From: Candidatus Saccharimonadota bacterium
Lineage (GTDB): Bacteria; Patescibacteriota; Gracilibacteria; BD1-5; UBA6164
DNA length: 32,000 nt
Assembly (NCBI GenBank): GCA_965229705.1
Contig: OZ245922.1
Span: forward strand, 840,001 to 872,000
Direction: 5' to 3'
A program made the translations under genes and the position numbers. Shown piece after piece: positions 10,451 through 21,781 of this stretch (its first letter is position 1; the number at the start of each line of letters is the position of its first letter). The notes below the pieces were generated by a model. The model was not told where the DNA came from. It saw nothing but the letters and a program-made list of their open reading frames with translations, and did not search any database.

Positions 10451-11692
10451 ATGGTTATAGAAAAAATATTACAAGAACCCCTTCGAGAGAGAAACGCATA
10501 TTTAGATCGTATACAAAGCTATATTTGAAGTCCTTTGATAAAAGTACTCATTGGGCAAAGACGTGTTGGAAAGAGTAGTATCATCAAATCCCTGATACAA
10601 AATTTTGTGAAATCATGAATACCAAAAGAAAATATTTTTTATATCAATAAAGAATTGTCACACTTTGATTTCATTGAGAACTACGACGATTTGAAACAGT
10701 CTTTTTTTCATTTCTTGGATACGGGAATACAAGGAAAAATTATTATTGCCATCGATGAGATTCAAGAAATTCAATGATGGGAAAAGTTTATCAACGGAAC
10801 TCTTGCAGAGTATGGTACGCAGGCTGAGATATTTATTACAGGAAGTAATAGTTTTCTTGTATCAGGAGACTTGGCAACATACCTTACTGGAAGATATATA
10901 GAGTTTCCTATATTTCCATTGTCTTTCACAGAATTTTGTGACTTTAAAAATATTATCCCTTCAAAAAATGAATTTTATGAGTATCTCCAATATGGTGGTC
11001 TTCCTGCCATTTTTACCATGCATTACTCGCAAGAAGTAATTTTTCCATATTTATATGGAGTATATAATACGATTGTTATGAAGGATATACTGCAATATCG
11101 AGAGATACGCAATATTGATTTTTTTCAAAATTTGTACAAATATACTCTTGCAAATATTTGATCTCTTGTGAGTGCTAGCAGTATCCAAAAATACCTTCGT
11201 TCACAGCAGATAAAAATAGGAAATGACACGATATTAAATTTTTTATATTACGCATGTGAAGCCTTTGTTCTCTATAAGGTATGATCTGTAAATCCAAATA
11301 CCAAAAAATCTTTTGAAATATACAACAAATACTATGTTGGAGATCTATGACTTCGAAATGCATTAGTCGGATATGATTTCTCAAGGGATATTTGAAAACT
11401 CCTTGAAAATTACGTTTTTCTTGAACTGAAGAGGCAGGGGTATGATATTCAGATATGAAGATTAGATGGAGAGAGAGAGGTAGATTTTATTGCTTCAAAG
11501 CAATGAATAATAAAATATTTTCAGGTTGCCTATACCTTGAACGGGGAAGAAACTCTTCACAGAGAGTATGCTTCTTTGCAAGATATTTGAGATAATTGGG
11601 AGAAATATATTATCAGTATGGATGAACATAATATTTCCGAACATGAAGGAATAAAACACATAAATATCTTAGAACTAGAAAGTATTCTATAA
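10451..11692 (+). CDS. AAA-family ATPase with DUF4143-like C-terminal domain (AAA_14/DUF4143 type)
   Basis: 413 aa. Walker A GQRRVGKSS, Walker B IIIAIDEIQEIQ. The C-terminal half resembles the restriction-endonuclease-like DUF4143 fold (EVDFIA...). About 9 in-frame TGA codons. Ends TAA 11690-11692. Confidence 0.7.
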
Positions 11693-11923
11693 CTATATTT
11701 AAAAATAAATCAAATAAAAAATCTCAGAGTCGTTGGAAAGATTCGTAAATTATAGAAAAATTTGTACAATCATACTTACTAATAGAAATATTAGTCCAAA
11801 AGTTATTCAAACATGTTATCCTTCAGGTTATCTTATAGCCAAAAACTTCAATAATTCCGATATCAAAAAATCGTATATCAGAAAGTACTTGAATACTTTT
11901 TTAGTTTTGATAAGTATATTACT

Positions 11924-13462
11924 ATGCATATTTCAATGATTATAATGTGAGTCATATTTGGTATGTCTCTCTCTGTCGTGATATTTTTCCTCTGGGAAAA
12001 TAGAAAAACCAGTCTTGCCGAGTCACGATCTGAAAAAATTGTCTCAAAGGCAGAAAAAAAACGTGAACACATGCTTTCTGATGCGCGAAAAGAGTCAGAA
12101 GAAATGATTCACGAAGCAAAAAATGAGGCACGGAGCATCATGCAAAAAGCTCAAAATACCGAGGACCGCGTTGCAAAAACAGAAGCGCGAGTAATAGAAC
12201 GAGAAGAAAAAATAGAACAAAAACTTGACCATATCAGCGCAAAGCAAGACGAGCTTGTTCTCGAAGAAGAAAAAATAAAAAAATCTCAAGAACTCCTCGA
12301 GAAAAAAACAAAAGAACTTGATGGAAAACTCTGAGAAATAGCAAAACTTTCAAAAGAGCAGGCTCGTGAACTTTTTCTAGCACAGATTGCTAATCAGTAT
12401 GAAGATGAGGCAAAAAACCTCATTGAAAAGCATAAAAAAAAGATAGAAAAACAAAAAACAGAAGCTGCCAGAGAAATACTTCTCAAGTCTATTCAACAAT
12501 ACGCAGGTGATGTCACCAGTGAAGTAACAACAACTCTTATTGAAATTCCGAGTGATGATATAAAGGGAAAACTCATCGGAAAAGAAGGAAGAAATATCAC
12601 TACTTTTGAGCGATACGCTGGAGTTTCTCTTATCATAGACGATACTCCTGATACAGTTTTCATTTCTGCTTTTGATCTCTATAGAAGATATATTGCAAAA
12701 AAATCTCTTGAGAAACTTATAGAAGATGGTCGTATCCAGCCTGCTCGTATTGAAGAAGTGATTGAGGCGACCCAAGCAGAGGGAGAAATACTCCTCAGAG
12801 AACTTTGAGGAAAAGTCATCGAAGAGCTGAACCTGCACAATATCCCTGATGAAATAGTTCCTATTATTGGTCGTCTACGCTTTCGAACGAGTTACGGACA
12901 AAATATGCTCAAGCATTCAAAAGAAGTAGCCATTATTGCTGAAGCAATAGCGCGGGAACTCTGAGTTGATCAAAAACTTGTACGTATGTGAGGATTACTC
13001 CATGATATAGGGAAGGCGCTTGATCACGATATTGAAGGAACTCATCCAGAAATATGAGCAAAAATATGACGAAAGTATGGTCTTCCTGAAGAAGTCATAG
13101 ATATGATAGAAAACCACCACGGAGAACAATTTAGTATTTCTATTTATGCCGCAATAGTACAAGTGGCTGATGCTATTAGTTCAGTACGCCCATGAGCGCG
13201 AAGAGAAGCAATAGAACAATACCTCAAGCGTGTTCAAGAGATAGAAGCTCTTGTACAAAGTTTTGCAGGAGTAGAAAAAGCCTATGCCCTCTCTGCTGGT
13301 CGAGAAGTACGCGTCTTTGTCAATGCAGAAACACTTTCAGATATAGATGCTCAGAAAACAGCAAGTGAAATAGCAGGAAATATAGAAGCAAATCTCCAAT
13401 ATCCATGAGAAGTCAAAGTCTCGGTAATTCGTGAAACAAGAGTCGTCGAATATGCAAAATAA
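11924..13462 (+). CDS. rny: Ribonuclease Y
   Basis: 512 aa. N-terminal TM, long coiled coil, KH motif KGKLIGKEGRNI, HD domain LLHDIGKA...ENHHGE, RPGARRE and YPGEVKV (G=TGA). Confidence 0.92.
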
Positions 13463-13509
13463 AGGAGAAATATAAACCTGTTTCGATTTTAATTTTTAAA
13501 TATTATCTC

Positions 13510-14067
13510 ATGTATAATGGGAATGATCTCAAAGTAGGAAAAAAATTTGTTATGGATGATATGCCATTTGAAGTTGTCTCTTACGCACAAAAAGTGATGG
13601 GACGATGAGGAAGTATCATTAATATCAAGGCAAAGAATCTTCTCAATGGAGGAACTATTGCAAAAACACTCTCAGATACTGATAAATTTCCTCCCGCAGA
13701 TATTGCCACAAAGAGTTATGACTATCTCTACAATGATGGAGAGAATTATTTTTTTATGTCTCAAGAGAGCTATGAGCAAGTCGAGCTCCCAAAATCAGCT
13801 CTTGATGGAGCTGAACTTTTTCTCAATGATGGAGATAAGGTGATGCTCCAGGAGTTTAATGGAAATCCTATTAACGTGAGTCTCGAACCGAGTTGTACTC
13901 TCGAAGTACAAGATACTCCTCCTGGTGAAAAATGAGATACCGCAACATGAGGAAAAAAACCAGCAACACTCTCTACAGGACTCGTAGTACAAGTTCCGCT
14001 CTTTATCAATGCTGGAGACTGTATCAAAATAGATACGCGAACAAAAGAATATATCTCAAGAGCATAA
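13510..14067 (+). CDS. efp: Translation elongation factor P
   Basis: 185 aa. [56 protein letters not shown] (loop glycines are TGA). Ends TAA 14065-14067. Confidence 0.9.
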
Positions 14068-14143
14068 CTTTCTCTTTGTGTGGAGATTGCATTTTTGAGA
14101 CGCAAGAATATAGTGGGAGTATTATATATGTAAAAACTGGGGT

Positions 14144-14938
14144 GTGTTTCCATTTATAGAAATAGGTTCATTATGAGTACAGGTTTATAGCTTTGGCGTA
14201 ACTTTGGCACTCTGTTTTTTCTTATTTTTATGGAATCTCGAAAGGCTCTCTCAGAGATTCGGTTATAGTTTTTCCTTCTTTTCGGGAAATATTTTTTTCT
14301 TATTTTTTTCTACATTTTTCTTCTCTCGACTTTTCTATATTATTTCAAAGTGGAGTGATATGAGATTTATTAAAAATCCTTTTGAGTTTTTTTTCATGGG
14401 AGATTTTCATCTGTCTCTTTTTTGAGCAATTTTTGGTTTTCTTCTTATGTTATCACTTCTTGCCTATAGAGAAAAATCGAGCATGGTGCGTTATATAGAC
14501 GGTGTAGTGCTTTCATTTTTTTTAGTGCTGGTCTTTTGATACATCGGAGCATTTTTGTGATGACAGGTCTATGGAAGAGAAACACTTTTTGGTATAGAAA
14601 TAATGTATACACACCCTTATAGTCCTGTACCATTTCAGGTACCTATATTTCCTCTGGCTATTGTCTACGCCATAATGAGCTTTATGGTTTTGAGTATATT
14701 ATATATCCTCTCGCTTTTTATCAGAGTAAAGGGCTTTATATGATATTTTTGACTTATAGCACTGAGCGCTATGATTTTGATATTTGAGTTTTTTAGTGGT
14801 AAGCAGGATATTCTTTCATTGATGACATTTTTTAATGTTCCGCAATTTTGTGCTCTGATACTCTGTCTGTGGAGCTTTTACCAACTTTCCCTTCTTTTTC
14901 AAAGAGATAGTGGAGAGGTGTTTCATCATATAGATTAA
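14144..14938 (+). CDS. lgt: Prolipoprotein diacylglyceryl transferase
   Basis: Polytopic membrane protein. FGYIGAFLGGQVYGRE matches the Lgt GRIGNFxNGExxGR box (three G are TGA). The frame opens at 14114 with no in-frame ATG, so GTG 14144 is proposed and the start is uncertain. TAA 14936-14938 lies 2 nt before comEC. Confidence 0.65.
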
Positions 14939-14940
14939 AA

Positions 14941-16431
14941 ATGAGAGTTCCTCTGCATATATATTTTGCAGGATTTTTGGGCGGTATTCTTGCCTGAATA
15001 TTACTTGCAAATATTTTTGTGTTTTCTCTTTTGGGACTTGTTTTTTTGCTGTGTTTTTTTTGTCTCTTCGTCCTCATATCATACTTTTTGGAAAAATATT
15101 TTTGTTCTTTGTTCTGCGTATTGCTCGTGGGATTTTCTCTCGGGCTTGGTATATCATATGTTTCTTTTGTCTCATACACAGAGCAACTTCAAGATCTGAG
15201 TATTTATACAGATGAATATTATACCTATACATCAAAAGTGCTTTCGGTACATAAGAGAGATACGTATGAAGATACCTATCTTATGGCACTCTATTCTATC
15301 GAGAATACACGATATACCTGAGTAAGACATCTACTTACCGTTCCAAAAAACTTTTCTCTTCAATATGGAGACAAGGTTTCACTGAGAGGAAAGATGTATT
15401 TTTTTGAAGATTTTGATGGTGTTTCATATCAGAAATATATGCTTTCTCAGCGGATATATTTTTCTCTCAGAGCTTCTCATATACATACGCAAGAAAACAT
15501 AGGAAATTATTTTTTTGGTCAGCTGTTCTCTTTGAGAGATACCATGCTATTACAAATTCACTCGCTCTTTCCGAGAAAGGAAGCCATATTTCTCGCAGGA
15601 ATCCTCATAGGAGCAAGAGAGGATATTCCTGATGAGCTATCAGAGGATTTCAATAAATCTTGACTGACACACTTTATTGCGGTAAGTGGTTTTAATATTA
15701 GTTTGTGTGTGATCTTTATCGTATTCTTGGTGCAGTATTTTCCCCCGTGGATTCAAAGGATATCCGTAACTCTATGTGTCACTGTTTTTACAATATTTGT
15801 ATGAATGTGAGCACCTGTTGTTCGAGCAGGGATTATGGGAGTACTTGGATATATATTTTTACAAAGTGGAAATAAAGTTAATAGTCTGGTTCTTCTCTTG
15901 TTTGCCGCAGTATGTATGAGTATATACTCGCCTTTGAGTTTGAACTATGATGTAAGTATGCATCTGAGTTTTTTGGCAGTTTTAGGTATCATCCTCACGC
16001 AAGGTTTTTTTATGAAGATTTTTTCATTTGTTCCACAGAGTTTTGCCCTCAGAGAAGCGCTGGTACTGACATGTAGCGCTTTTGTTCTGACATTGCCGAT
16101 TATGCTGTTTCAGTTTGGGCAATTTACAGCCCTTGCTCCTATCAGCAATGTTCTTGTTGCTTGGACGATTCCTCTCGCTATGCTCCTGTGAGCATGCACA
16201 CTTATTGCTGACGCTATTTGGTGACCACTGGGTTTTTTGTTTGCCTACACGACTTGGCTTTTACTACACTATGATATGATCATCGTAGAGTTTTTTGGAA
16301 ATCTTGAGTGGGCAGTGTGGCAAAGAGATTTTTGACTCTATAAAAGCTATTTTCAGGCCCTGTATTTTATAGTGATATGATGGGGTATTGCATATTTTTA
16401 TTTGCAGGAACATTTGCGTAATAAGACCTAG
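14941..16431 (+). CDS. comEC: ComEC/Rec2-family DNA internalisation channel (short form, no C-terminal metallo-beta-lactamase domain)
   Basis: 496 aa. Competence-domain motifs FNKSGLTHFIAVSGFNIS and GMGAPVVRAGIMG, with many TM helices. Track fragments 15019, 15394 and 15835 are all in one frame. Ends TAG 16429-16431. Confidence 0.8.
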
Positions 16432-16453
16432 GATTCCTATTTTCCGTGTTCCC

Positions 16454-17455
16454 CTAAGATATAGCAAATGAGGTCTTGGTTCTTTCACCCAAACTATCAG
16501 CCTCTCATCCTGCTAAAGCGCTTACATCACCAGATACAGGAAGAGGATTTTCATTTCATAGACCTTCTTGTTGGGAGTCGTATGGGGCAGCAAGATTAGG
16601 GTTCTGAGTCTGTGCTCGTTGTTGGGTATAAAAGAGAGTATTTTTTGCATATGCTTGGGCTTGTCGCGCTTTCATATTTTTATATTCTTGCGCCTGTTTT
16701 TTTCCTCCTCTTCCAACACTAGTTTCTACGAGGGTATGAATCTCTCCAAAAATTCGGAGTTTTTCATAGGGAGGGGTATGTATATCTTGTATATCAGATA
16801 TGAGGGTCTGTATATGTTCTTCAGGATAATTTACTCGTCACGTAAGTGTATGTTCATATATCTCTAACAAAAAGCCATCAACGAGGGCATCATGTACTAT
16901 TTTGGCGTCTCGGGGATGAGTGTTCCATATATCACTGAGGCTTTTACCTCTAATATGTTCAGGGAGCATGCAGTGCTCCATAATTCTCTCAAATGATGTA
17001 TGTAATGGACCGTCAGGTCATGTATTTGCCTCAAACCATTCTTGGTTCTGGGCTCTCTTTTCTCCAGTGTGGTCTTCATATGCAATATACTGTTTTTCAA
17101 GATGTTGAGGTGCAAAAAAGAGTTTAAGAGTGGTATCTTTATTTTCTTTCTTTTGATAGGAGCTTAGTGCTTCTTGTCATTTTTCAGGTACTTGTCATCT
17201 ATGTCTTTTCCATATCCTCGCGCGAATATCTGGTGACGGATTGCTCGTATCAGAAACTACTGCTACTGTTTCTATATTTTTTGCTGGAGTAAATGTTCAG
17301 TAGAGAGATTTTCGTAACTCTTCGGCGCTTTGTGAAAAATCTGCAGTTTCTCAGCGTCTTGCAAAGTCTTTATCAAGCTCTGCGTTTCTTGCTGCTATCT
17401 CGGGGGATTCTGCAAGAGGATTCCAATCTCATGTTATAGGTACAGAAGGGTTCAT
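16454..17455 (-). CDS. Hypothetical soluble protein, no recognisable family
   Basis: 333 aa under TGA=Gly, from ATG 17455 to TAG 16454-16456. The standard code shows only a 72-aa fragment (16897..17115). Convergent with comEC. Confidence 0.5.
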
Positions 17456-17470
17456 AGGAAAAAAATAAAA

Positions 17471-17507
17471 ATATCTCTCATATTGTAACATATGAGAGAT
17501 ATTTTTT
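17471..17507. terminator. Strong symmetric hairpin with U-runs on both strands (bidirectional terminator or 5' regulatory hairpin)
   Basis: atatctctcatat-tgtaac-atatgagagatat, a 13-bp perfect stem. On the minus strand it ends only about 15 nt upstream of ATG 17455. Confidence 0.5.
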
Positions 17508-17649
17508 GCAAGAAAAAGAGACTCTTTTTACTTTTTTCTCCTTTTCTCCTTTGTCTCAAACTCTAAGAGATACTCTCTCACACCCTCAAAATTTCATTCT
17601 TGGATAAGTGTTTCAAGATCTCATTTTTCGGTCCTTTCTCTAAACACCC

Positions 17650-17683
17650 AAAAAACAACCCCGGGGTATCATACCCCGGGGTT
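17650..17683 (-). terminator. Rho-independent terminator (minus strand), AACCCCGGGGTA stem family
   Basis: 12-bp perfect stem aaccccggggta/taccccggggtt with loop tca. The minus strand reads the hairpin followed by gtttttt. Confidence 0.75.
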
Positions 17684-17690
17684 AAACAGG

Positions 17691-17779
17691 CTCTGAGAAA
17701 CTCCTTTTCTCTCTCCTTTTGCAAAGGAGAGATGGCTCGTGAGAGCCAGAGAGGATGAGAAATTTTTTGTTTTTCAGAG
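17691..17779 (+). ncRNA. Unclassified structured RNA element, copy 2
   Basis: Same 89-nt architecture as 5506-5594. Outer stem ctctgagaaac/gtttttcagag is fully paired with one G-U. Hairpin 17710-17732, and GNRA hairpin ggctc-GUGA-gagcc at 17734-17747. Sits between two near-identical minus-strand terminators. Confidence 0.45.
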
Positions 17780-17806
17780 CTTTCTCTAGAGTACAGAGCA
17801 ATCCCC

Positions 17807-17839
17807 AAAAACAACCCCGGAGTATCATACCCCGGGGTT
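17807..17839 (-). terminator. Rho-independent terminator of the pilin-FISUMP gene (minus strand)
   Basis: Near-duplicate of 17650-17683 (aaccccggagta/taccccggggtt, one mismatch) with a minus-strand T run. Begins 12 nt after stop 17851-17853. Confidence 0.7.
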
Positions 17840-17850
17840 GAAACCACGCC

Positions 17851-19308
17851 CTAATCCTTGATACATCTGACTGAATATCAATACGATTGTGAAGAATCGC
17901 TACTACCAACAGTAGTATAATTATACAAAAAAAATCTTCTATAAGCCTTAGATCCATTTACCGTACTAGACCATAGATACCCATAGTACCCACGACGATA
18001 GAATTCTTTATTACTATTACTCCAACCACTCAGAGGAATCTGGAGGACTGAGGCAATACTTGTATCACTATTAGTCGTTGAGTGGTACGTCCATCACTGT
18101 CATTTACACTGGAAACTATCACTGTCTGAAGTTCTACAATTTGATCCATTCAAGTATTCTTCGAGTGTTTCCCATTCTGCTCTACTTGGTACATGGTATC
18201 CCACTCAACATACAAGGTTCGTATCATTTGCGTCTATATCATTATCATTATCCGTATCGAGAGAATCCCAAGTGTAGAACTTTCCCCATATATTATCTAC
18301 GGCAGTATCTCCATATATATTCGTTCCAGTAAACCAATCATTGGCTTTAGAGGTACTCGCCATCGTTATATCTCAAGCAGTACAGTTACTTGTATCTATG
18401 TAGTTTCCACTATAATTATAACAACCATAAGAAGAATGTACCTCTCCACTATAATTATTCGTCCCTATATCCGCATCTGTTTGTCACCACTCAAGTCATG
18501 CTCCTAGCGTCGAGTTACATCATGCCCACGTCTGTGTTCAGATAGTCACATCTGCTCTGTCACAGTTTGGGTCTTGATCTCTCCAGTCTGTAGGAGCAGT
18601 AGAAGCAGTCGTTGAACTACTCGAAACACTCGAAGTACTCGTCCCTTCCTCTCTCTCCTCCTCTATCGTCTCTCATAGATTTTCTCCTGTATCCGTTGCG
18701 GTATCATCATTTTTAAAGTAGGCAGTATAACTCTCCGTGCTTCCATCTAAATCTAACGCTCCAGCCGTCTTGACTGCCTCTATCTCATGAACGGGAGTCT
18801 TCGTTGTCTCATCAAGGAGTATTCCTAACTTTTCTCCAAATACGACTGGATAAAGATTACTATAGTCTTTATCGGCATATGCCTGAGGAAAAAATACCGT
18901 TGGAACATTTTGTTCTTCCTCGAGAAATGCCATAAGCTGAAAATCACTTTTATCTGCAGAGAGATAATACACAAAATATGAATCATCTTTTGGATCAACA
19001 CCTCCTCGACTAAAGTCGAGGATATCGAGGATATTTGCTCCAATATTTCCTTGGTATCCTAAGAGACTCGATCCGTCTTGTATCTCTACAGCGTCATCAG
19101 GCATAGGCAGATCATACTTTGTCGCGTAGAGCTCTAAACCGTCATAGATAGATGTAAGTTGAGAAAGCCTATTGGTATCTCGTACTCCTGCGAGATACCC
19201 AGAAAAAGAGACAAATCCTATAGCAGAGAGTACAGCGAGGATTGTTACTACCGTGATCAGTTCTACCAGAGTAAAACCCTGAGTTTTTTTTAAGAAAGAT
19301 GGCTTCAT
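17851..19308 (-). CDS. Type IV prepilin-like protein fused to a C-terminal FISUMP (Fibrobacter succinogenes major paralogous) domain
   Basis: 485 aa from ATG 19308 (alternative ATG 19377). Class III signal MKPSFLKKTQG/FTLVELITVVTILAVLSAIGF. Track ORF 18673..19377 stops at TGA. Read-through gives an acidic/Ser-Thr linker, then VTIGTQTWAGCNS...GYHVPSRAEWETL...GYLWSST...GYSVRCIKD, then TAG 17851-17853. Confidence 0.8.
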
Positions 19309-19430
19309 AAAGAAATAATTAAGAAAGTATTTTCCAAGAGAAAAATACTTCTTTTTCACGAAAATACAATAGAGCAAGAGTTTTTTCGTTGACTCAAGAA
19401 AGAATCTTGTGTGTGGATATAGTTCTTCTT

Positions 19431-19465
19431 AAAAAAACAACCCCGGGGTTGCTACTCAGGGTTCT
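19431..19465 (-). terminator. Probable terminator of gatA (minus strand)
   Basis: Minus strand reads aaccctg-(11-nt loop)-cggggtt followed by gttttttt. Shares the AACCCCGGGGTT core with the 17.6-17.8 kb terminators. Confidence 0.5.
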
Positions 19466-19466
19466 C

Positions 19467-20924
19467 TTACCCCTCAAAACCTTTTGGTATGAGTTGATCC
19501 CGAATACCTAAACGCTTCTCGAGAACATGAGCAATTTCAAAAAGGCGTTCTTCTTGGAGTCTTGGGCAGAGTATCTGCACTCATACAGGTAGAAGTTCTT
19601 GATCATCATCCTCACTTTTCGCAAATCCACATGGGAGAGAGAGTCCTGGAAGGCCAGCAAGAGAGGCAGGAATAGTATATGAATCAGCAAGATACATCTT
19701 GAGAGGATCTTCAGATTTTTCTCCTATCTTCCATGCAACAGAAGGAGCTGTTGGTCAGACAATGATATCCACATCTTGAAAAGCTTTTTCAAAATCTTGA
19801 ATAATCTTTGTGCGTACTTGAGCTGCTTTTTTAAAGTAGGCGTCATAAAATCCTGCAGAAAGAACATAACTTCCGAGAATAGATCGCCTCTGAGGTTCTG
19901 CTCCAAGTCCCTCACCTCTGTTGTGAAGATATATTTCTTCGAGATTCTCATTTGGCGCGCTGGAGTTATATCCATAACGAATACCATCAAGACGAGCAAG
20001 ATTGGTTGAAACTTCAGCAGGACATATCACATAATATGCTGCTACTGCGTAGCGCGTCATAGGGAGTGAGATATCCACTCTTTCGGCTCAGAGCTCCTGC
20101 ATAGCGTTGATAGTTTTTTCTATTTGTTCACGCACACCTGCATCAAGACCTTCTTCAAAATACTCTTTTGGAACTCCTATTTTGACTCACTTTAGATCTT
20201 CTGTAGACCAGATACTTTCATTGATTACATCTTTTCCTGGAAGAGAAGAGCTTTCATGTTCATCATAACCGTTCATGATTTCATACAAGAGCGCTGCATC
20301 ACGCACGGTATAGGTCAGTGTTCCTGGGCTGTCGAGACTAGATGTCATAGGCATGATTCCGTAGCGAGAGTTTCTTCCATAAGTGGGCTTAAACCCCACA
20401 ACTCCACACATACTTGCGGGCTGACGAATAGATCATCCGGTATCTGTTCAGAGACTTGCAGGAACAAGTCATGCAGCAACTGCAGCAGCTGATCCTGAGC
20501 TTGATCCACCAGGAATTCTACCAGTCCCCCAAGGATTGATGGTGTTTCAAAAGGCAGAGTTTTCTCCAGAGCTTCCCATCGCAAACTCATCCATATTACA
20601 TTTTCCAAAACTATTCATACCTGCCTGTTTGAGTTTTGTAATAACGCTGGCATCATAAGGAGGCTGAAAGTCTTTGAGCATCTTACTTGCTCCAGATGTT
20701 GGGATAGCATTCTCGCAAAAGATATCTTTTATTCACAGGGGGAGTCCTCACAGTAGTGTGTCTGGCTTTTCTTCAAATTTTCAGAGAATATGTAAAAAGG
20801 CATTGAGTTTTTTATTGTATTTTTCATTTCTTTTGAGGAAATAATTCCAAACTTCTTTCGCGCTTATTTCTCCGGAGTCGATAAGCTGTTTGAGTTCTGT
20901 AAGGCTTTTATAGGCGAGGTTCAT
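19467..20924 (-). CDS. gatA: Glutamyl-tRNA(Gln) amidotransferase subunit A
   Basis: 485 aa. [56 protein letters not shown] (G=TGA). Start taken at [15 protein letters not shown]. Ends TAA 19467-19469. No gatB or gatC adjacent. Confidence 0.92.
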
Positions 20925-21020
20925 AGCGAGTGATAGTATATGAAAATATGATACAGGGAGTATAGGAATAAAATACAACATCTCAAGAGAGATAGCAGTA
21001 TTTTTCTGTGTTTTTCAAAA

Positions 21021-21048
21021 TTGAAATTCTTTCACATCATAGTATACT
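21021..21048 (+). promoter_or_regulatory. Candidate promoter for the 21072-22882 gene set
   Basis: TTGAAA (21021-21026), 16-nt spacer, TATACT (21043-21048). Lies in the divergent intergenic region with gatA. Confidence 0.35.
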
Positions 21049-21071
21049 TCGTGGATAAATAATTTCACCAC

Positions 21072-21299
21072 ATGAATATTCTCCTACTACAGCCTTATAT
21101 CCCCATTTTGAGAATAGTCGTTCTTCACTATAGCAATTTTCGACTTATTGATATGGGTTATGAAGACTATGGATATATTTTTTCAAAAGAACTGACACAG
21201 ATACAATCTCTCGTTGGTCATAAAAATATTTTTTTCTACGAAAATACGGCAAAGAGTGAAGAGAGGTTTTTTTCCAAGAGCATGAAGATATTTCCATAG
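21072..21299 (+). CDS. Small hypothetical protein (75 aa)
   Basis: ATG to TAG ORF with no homology recognised. Same reading frame as the next ORF, separated from it by TAG 21297 and TAA 21330. Confidence 0.35.
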   Translation: MNILLLQPYIPILRIVVLHYSNFRLIDMGYEDYGYIFSKELTQIQSLVGHKNIFFYENTAKSEERFFSKSMKIFP

Positions 21300-21338
21300 A
21301 GCTCCGAGTATGCCTATGATTACTCCCTCTAAAAAAAG

Positions 21339-21686
21339 ATGCTAGAGCGACTCTCGAAGAGAAGAAAAGAAATATTGAAAATCAAAAATACTTGTGAAAA
21401 AAATTTTCAAGAAGCACTCTGTATAGCTTTTTATATAGCTGAGAGTATACAGACGAGTACTATCACTACGCAGGAGTATATACTCCTACATAAGTGATAT
21501 AAACAAGACTATAGGGATATAAATATTCCTCTTGATGATCTCTCAAATTTTCAGTTTCAAAAGCTCATAAATGACTATGAAGTCTCACAAGATATTCGAG
21601 GGTTTTTTCCTTATATGAGGCGTAACTTTCATAGATATTTTTTAGATCAGGCTGAGCATGCTATAATACTCAAATTTCAAGAGTAA
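21339..21686 (+). CDS. Small hypothetical protein (115 aa)
   Basis: Visible only under TGA=Gly (one internal TGA), so it is absent from the supplied track. Runs ATG 21339 to TAA 21684-21686. No family recognised. Confidence 0.4.
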
Positions 21687-21781
21687 CTGTTTTTTTGAAA
21701 ATACGGAAAAATTTTGAGAGAAGTCTTTTAAAAATACGCTTTCAAATTATACTCAAGACATTAATTTTTTATACAAAACCC

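Noticed and set aside
18078-18507. Plus-strand ORFs 18078..18332 and 18193..18507 (Ile/Tyr-rich).
   Set aside because: They are antisense shadows of the minus-strand FISUMP domain coding region, which has a clear family signature.
20256-20608. ORFs 20256..20492 (+) and 20345..20608 (-).
   Set aside because: They overlap gatA in wrong frames. The gatA frame is fixed by the amidase signature [24 protein letters not shown].
21072-21686. Calling 21072-21686 a single pseudogene, because both small ORFs share a frame and are split by TAG and TAA.
   Set aside because: I have no homologue to show that they were ever one gene. They are kept as two low-confidence CDSs and the possibility is flagged in the findings.
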